Source: Bacteroidales bacterium
GTDB taxonomy: Bacteria > Bacteroidota > Bacteroidia > Bacteroidales > G3-4614
Direction of reading: 5' to 3'
NCBI GenBank assembly: GCA_036656055.1
Contig: JAVVOY010000006.1
Location: 890 to 64,889, forward strand
DNA length: 64,000 bases
Each line of letters begins with the position of its first letter. The stretch's first letter is position 1. Made by a program: the position numbers and the translations under genes. Positions 1-8,844 of the stretch are shown here, in pieces. A model generated the notes under the pieces. The model saw nothing but the letters and a program-made list of their open reading frames with translations, was not told the origin of the DNA and did no database searches.

Positions 1-934
1 TCAGCATAATATATCGTAATCCATAATCCGATTCATCTCTTAAAGGGTAAAGTCCTGTGTTTTTTAGCATTTTTATTACGTCGCTAATAAAGCTATCTTT
101 ATAATTACGGAGAGTAATACGTTTTACGAGGGCTGCTACCATGAAATCTAGTTTGCGCTCTAATCCAGCTTCGGACATGGGGTCGCCTAGCATAAAGCCG
201 AATTTTTGTAATTCTGTTATTATAGTTAGTCTGTGGGTGATAAGTTGCTCCTGATGTTCATTATCAGAAATATTTGTGAGCGATTCTTTTATATCGTAGT
301 GAAAATAGTATATCTGTGTCGGAAGAAATACAACTGTCTGTGCCAGACAGAAAGCTCTGGTTATAAATTCTTCGTGGTCGTAGATATTTTTTTCAATAAA
401 TTTTAATCCATTGTCTATTAGGAATTTACGCCTGTAAATATAACCCCATATTACACTTTCAGGCGTTTGGCTGTTCATGTATTCAGCGCCGCTCATTTCT
501 CTGCAATATGGGAATAACTTATTACTGTACGGCAATACACTGCCTGATTCATCGGTTTTAAAATAGTCGAAACCTATAATATCTTGTTCGTAAAGTTGAA
601 GTAACGTATTGACGAGGTGTGCGAAATTTCCGGAATTGATATGATCATCTATATCCACAAACATTATATATCTCCCTTTGGCATAATTCATCCCTAAGTT
701 GCGAGCACCACCGGGACCCGATTTATGACGGAAATATACTTTCATCTGCGGGGTACTTTTTGCTATCTCTTTTAGGCTATCAAGTGTTTTATCTGTCGAA
801 GAGTCATCAACTGCAATTATCTCGTACATGTTTTTATCAGCACCTGATTTTATTATGCTATTTAGGCATCTTTCAATGTAAGGCTCGGCATTGAAAGTCG
901 GGATTATAATAGATATTTCAGGACCGCTTCTCAT
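1..934 (-). CDS. Glycosyltransferase family 2, partial (3' end runs off the left window edge)
   Basis: Own translation of the minus strand from the ATG at 934-932: MRSGPEISIIIPTFNAEPYIERCLNSIIKSG...IIAVDDSSTDKT...GPGGARNLG...FVDIDD. I checked codon by codon that the frame stays open to position 2. It is absent from the ORF track because it has no stop in the window. Confidence 0.8.
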   Translation of the reverse strand, partial: MRSGPEISIIIPTFNAEPYIERCLNSIIKSGADKNMYEIIAVDDSSTDKTLDSLKEIAKSTPQMKVYFRHKSGPGGARNLGMNYAKGRYIMFVDIDDHINSGNFAHLVNTLLQLYEQDIIGFDYFKTDESGSVLPYSNKLFPYCREMSGAEYMNSQTPESVIWGYIYRRKFLIDNGLKFIEKNIYDHEEFITRAFCLAQTVVFLPTQIYYFHYDIKESLTNISDNEHQEQLITHRLTIITELQKFGFMLGDPMSEAGLERKLDFMVAALVKRITLRNYKDSFISDVIKMLKNTGLYPLRDESDYGLRYIML

Positions 935-1047
935 AGGTACTACAAAAGTTTAACGTTATGTCTCGGATAAAATTTAATCAGGATATTATTATCAGCGAAG
1001 ATAATACATTTTGTATAATATTACTGTTTTTGTGCTGGGATAAATAA

Positions 1048-1986
1048 TTATAAGAATACCTTTTTGAAAATTTGACCTGCACCTCTGCCACCTAAAATTA
1101 TGTACGTATATATTATATATGAGAACAGTTTTAGAGGAACATTCATAGGAATATTATGTAGATATAACATTAATGCTCTTTTTGCGGCATTTTTATCCCC
1201 TTCCCGTCTGTATTGTGCTGCGAGAATAAGTAGCCGGCAATAGATCAGCTTTTTATATCTTTCCTTTAATGGATGCCGGCTTTCATTTACTGCCATGATA
1301 GTCTTTAATATAGTCTTTTCAAGCTCTTTTTCGGAGTGCAGAAACCCATTTCCGCTTATACTGTTGCAGTGTCTGTTTATTACAACCAGCGCCGGTCGCT
1401 TTATCCATATCACAGATGGAACAGTCAATAATATCCGTATTCCAAAGTTCCAGTCTTGCCACCGCATAAGATCTTCATCCCATGTGCCTGTTTTTTTTAA
1501 TAGATTTGTTTTAACGGCAAAACATTGTGTGGCTAACATGCAATGGTTTATCTGATCGACAGGATCGGTAGAGAAACAGCTTTTTTTAGGTGTTATTGTT
1601 ATGCCTGATTTGTATGTGGCGGTAAAACCTACAATATCAGGACCCTGTGTGGCGAATACATGCATTATTCGCGATACGGCATCGGGAGCAAGCAGGTCAT
1701 CATCGTCAAAGAACATCAGATAATCTGCGTCAACCTCTTTTAATCCTCGGTTTCTGGCAGCACATGCTCCTGCCTTTTTTTCTTCTGTCAATATTATTTC
1801 AAAATCATCAGAGCAGTTTTTCTTTTTGAAGTCTGAAGCTATCTGTTTGGAGTTGTCTGTTGATCCATTATCTGCTATTATTAGCTGTATAGGTCTGTAA
1901 ATCTGTTCAGCAACTGATTGTAGCGCATTTTCTAAAACCCATGATCTGTTATAAACAGGCATTATTATGGCGAAACGGTTTCTCAT
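1048..1986 (-). CDS. Glycosyltransferase family 2
   Basis: 312 aa. N-terminus FAIIMPVYNRSWVLENALQSVAEQ...LIIADNGSTDNS and FFDDDD (DxD) are typical GT-A/GT2 features. Its start overlaps the upstream GT stop by 4 nt (1983-1986), suggesting translational coupling. Confidence 0.85.
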   Translation of the reverse strand: MRNRFAIIMPVYNRSWVLENALQSVAEQIYRPIQLIIADNGSTDNSKQIASDFKKKNCSDDFEIILTEEKKAGACAARNRGLKEVDADYLMFFDDDDLLAPDAVSRIMHVFATQGPDIVGFTATYKSGITITPKKSCFSTDPVDQINHCMLATQCFAVKTNLLKKTGTWDEDLMRWQDWNFGIRILLTVPSVIWIKRPALVVINRHCNSISGNGFLHSEKELEKTILKTIMAVNESRHPLKERYKKLIYCRLLILAAQYRREGDKNAAKRALMLYLHNIPMNVPLKLFSYIIYTYIILGGRGAGQIFKKVFL

Positions 1987-2801
1987 TTGTGCTTGCTTCT
2001 TCTTGTCCGGCTTTCGTAATTTATCCCTGCAAATGTATTTTTAAGCAGATACCAGAACCCCCCCTTTTTGTGCAGTTTTGCCCATAGGGAGAATTTAAAC
2101 ATCCTTATATATGCCGACCAACCGTGTAGATATGACGATACGGCACCTTTTGACATCAGATTCATTGTATACGCAAAGATTTTTTTTCCGGTAGTTTCAT
2201 AGTGATGCTCAACAATGTAGAATGGAAAGTATTTTATATTCAGACCGGCATCGTTGCAGTCCCTTAAAAATACCTCTTCTTCTCCGCAACTCAGTCTCTC
2301 TGATCCGAGACCAAAACGGTCATCAAAACTTATTTTGCCTTTTACAGAGCTTATTCTGAAAGTAATCTCCACTGAAGAGGCATAGTAACCTCCGTGCGGA
2401 GAGTATTTGCAGCTCTCTGCCGGATATATCTTTGCCTCAGGTTCTTTCCCAAGAGTTTTAATTTTGAATAAAGCAATATCAGTATCCGGATTATCGTTAA
2501 AAGTCTTTATTATTGTATCAAAATATTCCGGTTTATAACGTACATCGTCATCGGCGGTTACTGCAATATCGCCATCTGCCTGATTTATCGCATTGTTACG
2601 GTTCTTACTCAGTCCTTTTCCCTCTTTAGGATATATCTTTATGTCAGGACGATTAAGTTCTTCCGGTATCTGTCGTAGATATATATCATCGGTATACTGA
2701 AAAGATACAATATAAGAAACATCGTCCCTTTGTGGCAAAATGATCTCCGGAACAGACAATATGTTCACGTTATATGTGCTTATGAGGACGTTTAGTTTCA
2801 T
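1983..2801 (-). CDS. Glycosyltransferase, GT-A fold (GT2-like)
   Basis: 272 aa. MKLNVLISTYN..., a TADDDVRY DxD-type motif and a KNRNNAI segment. First gene of a three-gene minus-strand GT operon. Confidence 0.7.
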   Translation of the reverse strand: MKLNVLISTYNVNILSVPEIILPQRDDVSYIVSFQYTDDIYLRQIPEELNRPDIKIYPKEGKGLSKNRNNAINQADGDIAVTADDDVRYKPEYFDTIIKTFNDNPDTDIALFKIKTLGKEPEAKIYPAESCKYSPHGGYYASSVEITFRISSVKGKISFDDRFGLGSERLSCGEEEVFLRDCNDAGLNIKYFPFYIVEHHYETTGKKIFAYTMNLMSKGAVSSYLHGWSAYIRMFKFSLWAKLHKKGGFWYLLKNTFAGINYESRTRRSKHK

Positions 2802-2893
2802 GCTATTATTTTATTTGTTTCCAGAAGCTTGTATAGATATTGTAATTATCTCCAATTTACTCTAAACCAGTTTTCACAGCGAATTGTTGATTG

Positions 2894-2901
2894 CAAAAGT
2901 A
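2894..2901 (-). promoter_or_regulatory. Bacteroidetes -7 box TACTTTTG (minus strand) for the GT operon starting at 2801
   Basis: Plus-strand caaaagta is TACTTTTG on the minus strand and matches the TAnnTTTG consensus. It lies in the divergent intergenic region 2802-2957. Confidence 0.45.
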
Positions 2902-2913
2902 ATATATTTATTT

Positions 2914-2921
2914 TAACTTTG
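2914..2921 (+). promoter_or_regulatory. Bacteroidetes -7 box TAACTTTG for the plus-strand GT gene
   Basis: taactttg matches TAnnTTTG and lies 36 nt upstream of the ATG at 2958. Confidence 0.45.
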
Positions 2922-2957
2922 TTGTCGTCAACATTAAAAAGAATTATACATTCTAAA

Positions 2958-4052
2958 ATGAAAATATTGCTCTTAGGAGAATATAGTAATCTGCATTGGA
3001 CGTTATCTGAGGGTCTGCGTGCTTTAGGTCATCACGTCACTGTTGTCTCTGACGGCTGCGGGTGGATGAATAATAGTCGCGATGTGGATATTTCTCTGAA
3101 TGGCAGTACAATTAAGGACAAGCTTCTGTATCGTCTCAATCTGCTTTATAACTTTGCCTCATTCAGAGATTATGACGTTGTGCAACTAATCTCACCGTCA
3201 TTTCTTAAACTCAATGCACAGCGTACGATGCAAGTTTTTAATTACCTTAAGGCAAATAATGGTAAAATATTTCTTGGGGCCTTTGGGACAGATTACTATT
3301 ATACCAAAGCATGCCTTGATGGTATTTACCGATATTCTGATTTTCACATTAACGATGGCGATAAGATAGTATCCGTAGAGGACAATCTTCTGTGGACGCT
3401 CTCTCCATTAAAAGATTTAAATATTTCCATAGCACAGAGATGTGACGGAATAATAGCATGCCTTTATGAATATTACAAGGCATATGAGTTGGAGTATTCA
3501 AATCGCTTGGCGTATATTCCACTTCCAATAAATACACGGACAGTAATGCCGACAGCCATTTATGATGGTAAAGTTAGGTTTTTTATCGGTGTGCAGCGTG
3601 CAAAAATGCGACTTAAAGGGAGTGATATAATGCTTGATGCGCTAAATGAGGTTGTAGCTGCATATCCCCACGATACCACAGTATATGTTGCCGAATCGCT
3701 CCCCTATGCCAAATATACAAAAGCTATGTGCGGATGCAATCTCCTCGTTGACCAACTATATTCATATACCCCCGGCATGAATGCTTTGTTAGGCATGGCA
3801 AAAGGGATGGTAGTTGCAGGGGGAGGAGAAGATGAGATGTATGATATTTTGGGAGAACATGAGAGTAAGCCAATAATAAATCTTCTCCCGGAAAAGGCAG
3901 ATATAATAAAAAAATTTAGACAGATAATAGCAACTCGCGAAACGTTACAAGCAATAGGTGAGGAGAGCCGTAGCTTTATTGAGAAACACCACTACTATAT
4001 ATCAGTTGCTGAGGCATATGTTAAATTCTGGGAAGTGTGTCCTAAAAGATAA
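2958..4052 (+). CDS. Glycosyltransferase, GT-B fold (GT4/GT1-like)
   Basis: The ORF track starts at TTG 2829. The ATG at 2958 (MKILLLGEYSNLHWTLSEGLRALGHHVTVVSDG...) gives a typical GT4 N-terminus and sits downstream of the predicted promoter. The C-terminal half has GMNALLGMAKGMVVAGGGE, resembling the GT-B donor-binding region. Confidence 0.7.
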   Translation: MKILLLGEYSNLHWTLSEGLRALGHHVTVVSDGCGWMNNSRDVDISLNGSTIKDKLLYRLNLLYNFASFRDYDVVQLISPSFLKLNAQRTMQVFNYLKANNGKIFLGAFGTDYYYTKACLDGIYRYSDFHINDGDKIVSVEDNLLWTLSPLKDLNISIAQRCDGIIACLYEYYKAYELEYSNRLAYIPLPINTRTVMPTAIYDGKVRFFIGVQRAKMRLKGSDIMLDALNEVVAAYPHDTTVYVAESLPYAKYTKAMCGCNLLVDQLYSYTPGMNALLGMAKGMVVAGGGEDEMYDILGEHESKPIINLLPEKADIIKKFRQIIATRETLQAIGEESRSFIEKHHYYISVAEAYVKFWEVCPKR

Positions 4053-4415
4053 TTTCTGTTACTTAAAATTATGTATACTCCTTTATGTTAAGAGCGTATT
4101 GTGATAATTCGCTAAATTAAAGGTAAATAGTAGCGCAAAATCGCATTTACAATAGAACAATAGTGTCTTTTAACGTAATTAGGTGATTTGTGTAGATTTT
4201 TTATATAAAAAAATTTGATTATTTTTGTCTCGTAAAATCATTGCCGTAACATATTAAAAATAATTATTAGGGCGTAGAATCTTTGTTAAATCAGTTGTTT
4301 TAGTCTTTTGATAATAACTTAAAGAGATCTATATGTGGCTCTTAATTAATAATGACATTTGTGTTTATTGACTAAAACTATTTATTTACTAACAGTTATT
4401 TAATCCGGACATTGA

Positions 4416-4862
4416 ATGGGAATCATATATAAAATAAATAAATCATCTTCCAGCGATATAAATAGGCATTTGGAGAAAGTAGATCCGATTTCTAACATAT
4501 CACGAAGAGTAGACATCTCTTTATACTCAAAAAAAATCAGAGAAAATGCCATAACCTTTGAGGCATGGGATAATAACATTTTAGTTGGATTAATTGCTTG
4601 TTACGTAAATAATCAGGATACGGGGGCATTTATCACATATGTTGGTGTAGTTAAAGAATACCAACAACAGGGAATTGCCTTTACTTTATTAAGTAACTTA
4701 ATTAGTGAAGCCATTGTTAAAATGTGCGGAGTAATAAGACTAAAAGTAAATATTATTAATAATAATGCGATATTATTGTATAAAAAATCAGGGTTTTGTT
4801 TAGAAAATCAGACTCATGAAGAGTACACCATGATATATAGGTATTTAGATCAGAAGCCTTAA
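4416..4862 (+). CDS. GNAT family N-acetyltransferase
   Basis: 148 aa. VVKEYQQQGIAFTLLSNLISEA matches the GNAT motif A (Q/RxxGxG/A) acetyl-CoA site, and a LYKKSGF motif B-like segment follows. The gene is isolated between two long AT-rich spacers. Confidence 0.75.
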   Translation: MGIIYKINKSSSSDINRHLEKVDPISNISRRVDISLYSKKIRENAITFEAWDNNILVGLIACYVNNQDTGAFITYVGVVKEYQQQGIAFTLLSNLISEAIVKMCGVIRLKVNIINNNAILLYKKSGFCLENQTHEEYTMIYRYLDQKP

Positions 4863-5556
4863 ATGCAGTATACTACCTAATGTTATAGACAAATTAAATA
4901 CTTTTGCGTTAATTTGCGTAAATACATGCAGGACTTTATACTTGAAACAAAAAACATATTTTTAATAGAGTGTTTCCCAATATAAAAATAAGACAGAGTT
5001 TGTATGGTTAAATTGTTTATGTATTATTGTCCGCCTTTTTATAGTAAGAGCAAATGTTTTAATTGGTTTTATAATTGTAGTAATAACTTACAAAATAGGT
5101 TCTTATTATCATATAAAAATTAAACCTATCTAAGTTTGTTAGTAAAAACCCAGACAATTAATTAACATTAATTACCTGGATTTAATAAGAGATAACAAAG
5201 AATCTCGTTATTTTTGTCTCAAAATAAGAAACATGAAATTTTTATAAATTTGTTGTTTTAGTTTGAGATGAAGAGGGAGTTGTTGTTTGAAAATTGGTGT
5301 TTTATATTTTGTTATAGCAACATTGTAAAATTGAAATTTTGGAGCAATTTGATGCGCTTTTGTTTATAGCGCATTCTATTATTAATTGACGTGTTGTGTT
5401 TTGTTTTGTGATTAACGAAAGTGTATTGAATGCATTTTAAAGATATGGATTTAAAAGAATCCTTATTGAAACATGATAGCATATATTGGGCTATGTGGCG
5501 TAATTATTTTATCTTGTCTTATCTAAAATAGAGACCTTATTAACTAATAAAAATGT

Positions 5557-8500
5557 ATGAATAAACTTATCTCACTCCTGTCGTTGACATTGTGGATCAT
5601 CGGAGGTTTATTAACGGATGTTCTCGCATACTCCGATAATAATGTTGTCCCTCAGGTGAGCACTGTTAAAGATCCTGTGTGGTTTCATATAAGAGTAAAT
5701 GATATATGGAGTACAACTGACGAACGTATTGGACGTTGGTATTATAATGATGGTGTAGGTATAGCAACTGCCGACAAATCTATCGGCGAGTCAACACTCC
5801 TTACTGATGCGTATTTGTGGCGTTTTGACGGTGTTTCGTTGACATCGGTTAAGATTGTCAGCAAGTTGAAAGATAATGAGATTTTCGTTGTTGATAAAAG
5901 TGCCGACTCTGGAATTGCAACATTGGTAAATGCCGGACGTGGAGATACATGGGGCGTAGATCTGACGGGGTCTGCTTTACAGAATGCGCGTTTATTGATT
6001 AACAAAAGCAATTCGGACAGATATCTTAATCCGCGTTCAGCTGCTGATTTGTGGAGTGTATGTAACTTCAGCGGAGATAAGGACGGTGCATCTTCGCTGT
6101 TTATCTATCAAGTGTACAATAAATATATAACTGTACATTCCGAAGTAGGAGGCAGCGCATATATAGGAGATCATAAAGGTACTACTGTATATGATCTTAT
6201 TGAGGGTTATACCGTAAAACTACATGCTGTATTAGATGAGGGTTACGACTTGGAAGGTTGGTATAAAGATGGTATTAAAGAGAGCGATGATATTGATTAT
6301 GCCGTGTCGGCTGTGGGGATAACAAAACGCACAAAGCCAAACTATGTGGCAAAATTTATTTCAGCAGCACCGACTACTACTCCTGTATTTTTAGGTTCTA
6401 ATGGTGGCACGTATTATATTGGTCAGACGATAAAGGCTGTTGTGGACGCCCAGATGGGGTCGAAGGTTTATTATACGACTGATGGCACTACACCAACAAG
6501 CACATCCTCCTCTGTCCCTGCCGGAGGAGAAATATTGTGGACACCATCAAAATCAGGTACTTATAATATAAAGGTGAGGGCTAAGGTTAAGGGTAAATCT
6601 CTTAGTGAGGTAGTTACATCATTAAGCTACATTATATCCGGGAAATCTTATTCAGATATATGTAAACCAATAACTAATGGATTGGGTAATTTGCCATATC
6701 TTACGGCAATAGGTGTTATAGATGCAACTTACGTTATCGGAGCTCCTCTTTTTTATACGCCGTCCGGTGGTGCAAATAATCAGAAATTCCACTCTGAGGA
6801 GATAAAAGCTTATCCGGGAGCTAAATTTAAAATAGACTTAACGTTGGAAAATATGTATTGGGGCTCTGGAGCTGTTTACATGGTGACCAATAAAGGGGCT
6901 AAACTATTACTAGGAAAGTATGGTGACGGAAGTCCCAGTTCTATGGATAGAGCTCTTGCTTCTGATCCGGGAATAGAGTATGTAAGCACAGGAGGATTTA
7001 ATGTGGCAAAGTTTCCTATAACCTTGCCCTCCGATGCACAGGCGGGAGACATTATTGTTATAAGATGGCTTGTTGTTGACGGAAGTACTATTGAGGCTTG
7101 TCCTTCTGGTAACAGTAACGTTTATTGCGATATACTGTTTCGCATAATTGATAAACCATTCTGTACGGTTACCGCTAAAGTAGCAGGTAGCGGGAGGGTA
7201 ACAATAAATAGTAAGAGTTCTCCGCAGGATGTACCATTGGGTCAGAGAGTCGTATTTACGGCTATTCCGGAACATGGGGCTTGTTTTGTGAATTGGACGA
7301 GGACAGACGGTACGAGCATTACAGACAATCCTTATACGATTGAGAATATTCAACTTAAAGATTTTGAAATTACTGCTGATTTCGCCGAAGATATAACTAA
7401 GGAGATTACTACAAACCAGAGAGAGAGTTCTAATGCTGCGTACAACTCTGTTGTAATTAAAAGTGGGGTCGCAGGTCCACCTACATGGACGATAGAGAAT
7501 TATGATATTAAGGTGGGTAACATGGACGTAATTATAGGGAAAGACGGAGTTACTCCTGAGATTGACGTAGCCGGTGGAGCCCTTACGGTAGGACATCTTG
7601 CGATAAAACGGGTCGTAGATTCTAAAAATTGGACATTGTTAACCTTGCCTTTTGATATAAATTTGAGAGATATTACCATAGACGGCATTCCTGCCAATTA
7701 TGGTGTAAATATAAAATTGCAGGTGTACGATGCTGCTAAACGTGCAAGGGAGAGTCGCGAAAATTGGACAATAAGTGGCTGGACATTGAAGACGGAAGGT
7801 GTTATAGCTGCAAACACTGGATTTGCTGTAGCTGTAAATGCTAATGATCTAAAAGAACATACGGTTGCGTTTTATGCTGCGAATCATATATTTAATGGTA
7901 GTGACAAAACACTATCTCTTGAGCGTCACCTCTCTACTGTAAACAAGGGGATGGACGCTGATTGGAACTTTATGGGCAATCCCACCCTTTTGACGGCTCA
8001 TAAAGGTGACGGTTATTCGTTGTACATTTATAATTCTAAAAACAATAGTTATGATGAGTATGGCGGTTTTGAGTCGGCTAATTATTCACCATTCGCCAGT
8101 TGGTTTGTGCAAAGTGCGAACGATTTTACGAGCATGACGTTCCGTCATGGTGTTCCTGTTAATAAACTCGTTAACTCGGCCGATTCATACGAAAAGATCA
8201 CCCTTGCTATTAATGGAGATGATGACGAAATAAGAATGACGGTTAAAGATGGTACGAGTTTAGATTATGTTAAAAATGAGGATGCCATGTACTTTGCCCC
8301 AAATACAAATAATCTTTCGCAACTCTACATGATTGACAATGCTGGTTGTAGAATTGCATCAAGCTTTGTCCCGGTCCCTTATTCTTCTATAAAACTTGGA
8401 TATAAAGCACTTGTTGCCGGCGAACAAGTTTTAACACTTAAATCTACGATTAAGAATACTGCTGTTTATCTTAAGGATAATGTAACTTTTTCGGAGATAA

Positions 8501-8817
8501 AACTTGGAGAAGGTGACTCATATAAGTTTACAAGCGCGGTAGGGGTGAACGAAAATCGCCTTGAACTTAAAACGATCGTTGATCCGTTGGGCATTTTTGA
8601 CGCAGAGGTGAATGGGGCTAAGATAAGCATAGTGGTTTCAGGCAATAGCTTGATTATTACAGGTGCCCATGCCGGTGATCAGGTTATTGTTGCCACGCCT
8701 AATGGTGCTACCGTGGCGCAGACTATAACTCAGGAGGGTATTACTACTTTGGATGTAGCTGTCAAGGGGGTTATAATAGTGAAGATAGGTAGCGTAGCTG
8801 TTAAGGTTATAAAGTAA
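5557..8817 (+). CDS. Large secreted cell-surface protein of unknown function with a T9SS-type C-terminal sorting domain
   Basis: 1086 aa with an N-terminal signal peptide (MNKLISLLSLTLWIIGGLLTDVLA). Two InlB B-repeat/Listeria-Bacteroides-repeat-like modules (...GYDLEGWYKDG..., ...GACFVNWTRTDGTSITDNPYTI...). A chitobiase/hexosaminidase C-terminal-like module (KVYYTTDGTTPTSTSS). The C-terminus ...LIITGAHAGDQVIVATPNGATVAQT...KGVIIVKIGSVAVKVIK resembles a T9SS CTD. Confidence 0.6.
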   Translation: MNKLISLLSLTLWIIGGLLTDVLAYSDNNVVPQVSTVKDPVWFHIRVNDIWSTTDERIGRWYYNDGVGIATADKSIGESTLLTDAYLWRFDGVSLTSVKIVSKLKDNEIFVVDKSADSGIATLVNAGRGDTWGVDLTGSALQNARLLINKSNSDRYLNPRSAADLWSVCNFSGDKDGASSLFIYQVYNKYITVHSEVGGSAYIGDHKGTTVYDLIEGYTVKLHAVLDEGYDLEGWYKDGIKESDDIDYAVSAVGITKRTKPNYVAKFISAAPTTTPVFLGSNGGTYYIGQTIKAVVDAQMGSKVYYTTDGTTPTSTSSSVPAGGEILWTPSKSGTYNIKVRAKVKGKSLSEVVTSLSYIISGKSYSDICKPITNGLGNLPYLTAIGVIDATYVIGAPLFYTPSGGANNQKFHSEEIKAYPGAKFKIDLTLENMYWGSGAVYMVTNKGAKLLLGKYGDGSPSSMDRALASDPGIEYVSTGGFNVAKFPITLPSDAQAGDIIVIRWLVVDGSTIEACPSGNSNVYCDILFRIIDKPFCTVTAKVAGSGRVTINSKSSPQDVPLGQRVVFTAIPEHGACFVNWTRTDGTSITDNPYTIENIQLKDFEITADFAEDITKEITTNQRESSNAAYNSVVIKSGVAGPPTWTIENYDIKVGNMDVIIGKDGVTPEIDVAGGALTVGHLAIKRVVDSKNWTLLTLPFDINLRDITIDGIPANYGVNIKLQVYDAAKRARESRENWTISGWTLKTEGVIAANTGFAVAVNANDLKEHTVAFYAANHIFNGSDKTLSLERHLSTVNKGMDADWNFMGNPTLLTAHKGDGYSLYIYNSKNNSYDEYGGFESANYSPFASWFVQSANDFTSMTFRHGVPVNKLVNSADSYEKITLAINGDDDEIRMTVKDGTSLDYVKNEDAMYFAPNTNNLSQLYMIDNAGCRIASSFVPVPYSSIKLGYKALVAGEQVLTLKSTIKNTAVYLKDNVTFSEIKLGEGDSYKFTSAVGVNENRLELKTIVDPLGIFDAEVNGAKISIVVSGNSLIITGAHAGDQVIVATPNGATVAQTITQEGITTLDVAVKGVIIVKIGSVAVKVIK

Positions 8818-8844
8818 TATTATAAAATACGTGAGAGGAGTGCC

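Noticed and set aside
2829-2957. N-terminal extensions produced by the ORF track using TTG/GTG starts (also 34968-35021 nqrA, 61818-61916 plsC, 18652-18687 sigma factor, 43780-43797 HxH protein, 62072-62089 ispE, 50253-50264 metH)
   Set aside because: The extensions run through predicted promoter boxes or the upstream gene's stop. They encode implausible sequence, and an internal ATG yields the family-typical N-terminus.
4196-4215. A/T-only palindromes such as ttttttatataaaaaaa, and similar ones near 60625-60660
   Set aside because: These are expected by chance in very AT-rich intergenic DNA and are not informative.
4053-4862. GNAT as the toxin of a GNAT/RHH (TacT/AtaT-like) toxin-antitoxin module
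   Set aside because: No small antitoxin ORF lies upstream or downstream; the longest flanking ORFs are only 6-12 codons. Its location next to a glycosyltransferase cluster fits a sugar- or metabolite-modifying acetyltransferase better.
6910-7697. 228-aa and 65-aa ORFs antisense to the 1086-aa surface-protein gene
   Set aside because: They are embedded in the sense CDS. Their composition is Arg/Ser/Tyr/Cys-rich and unlike real proteins. No independent expression signals.
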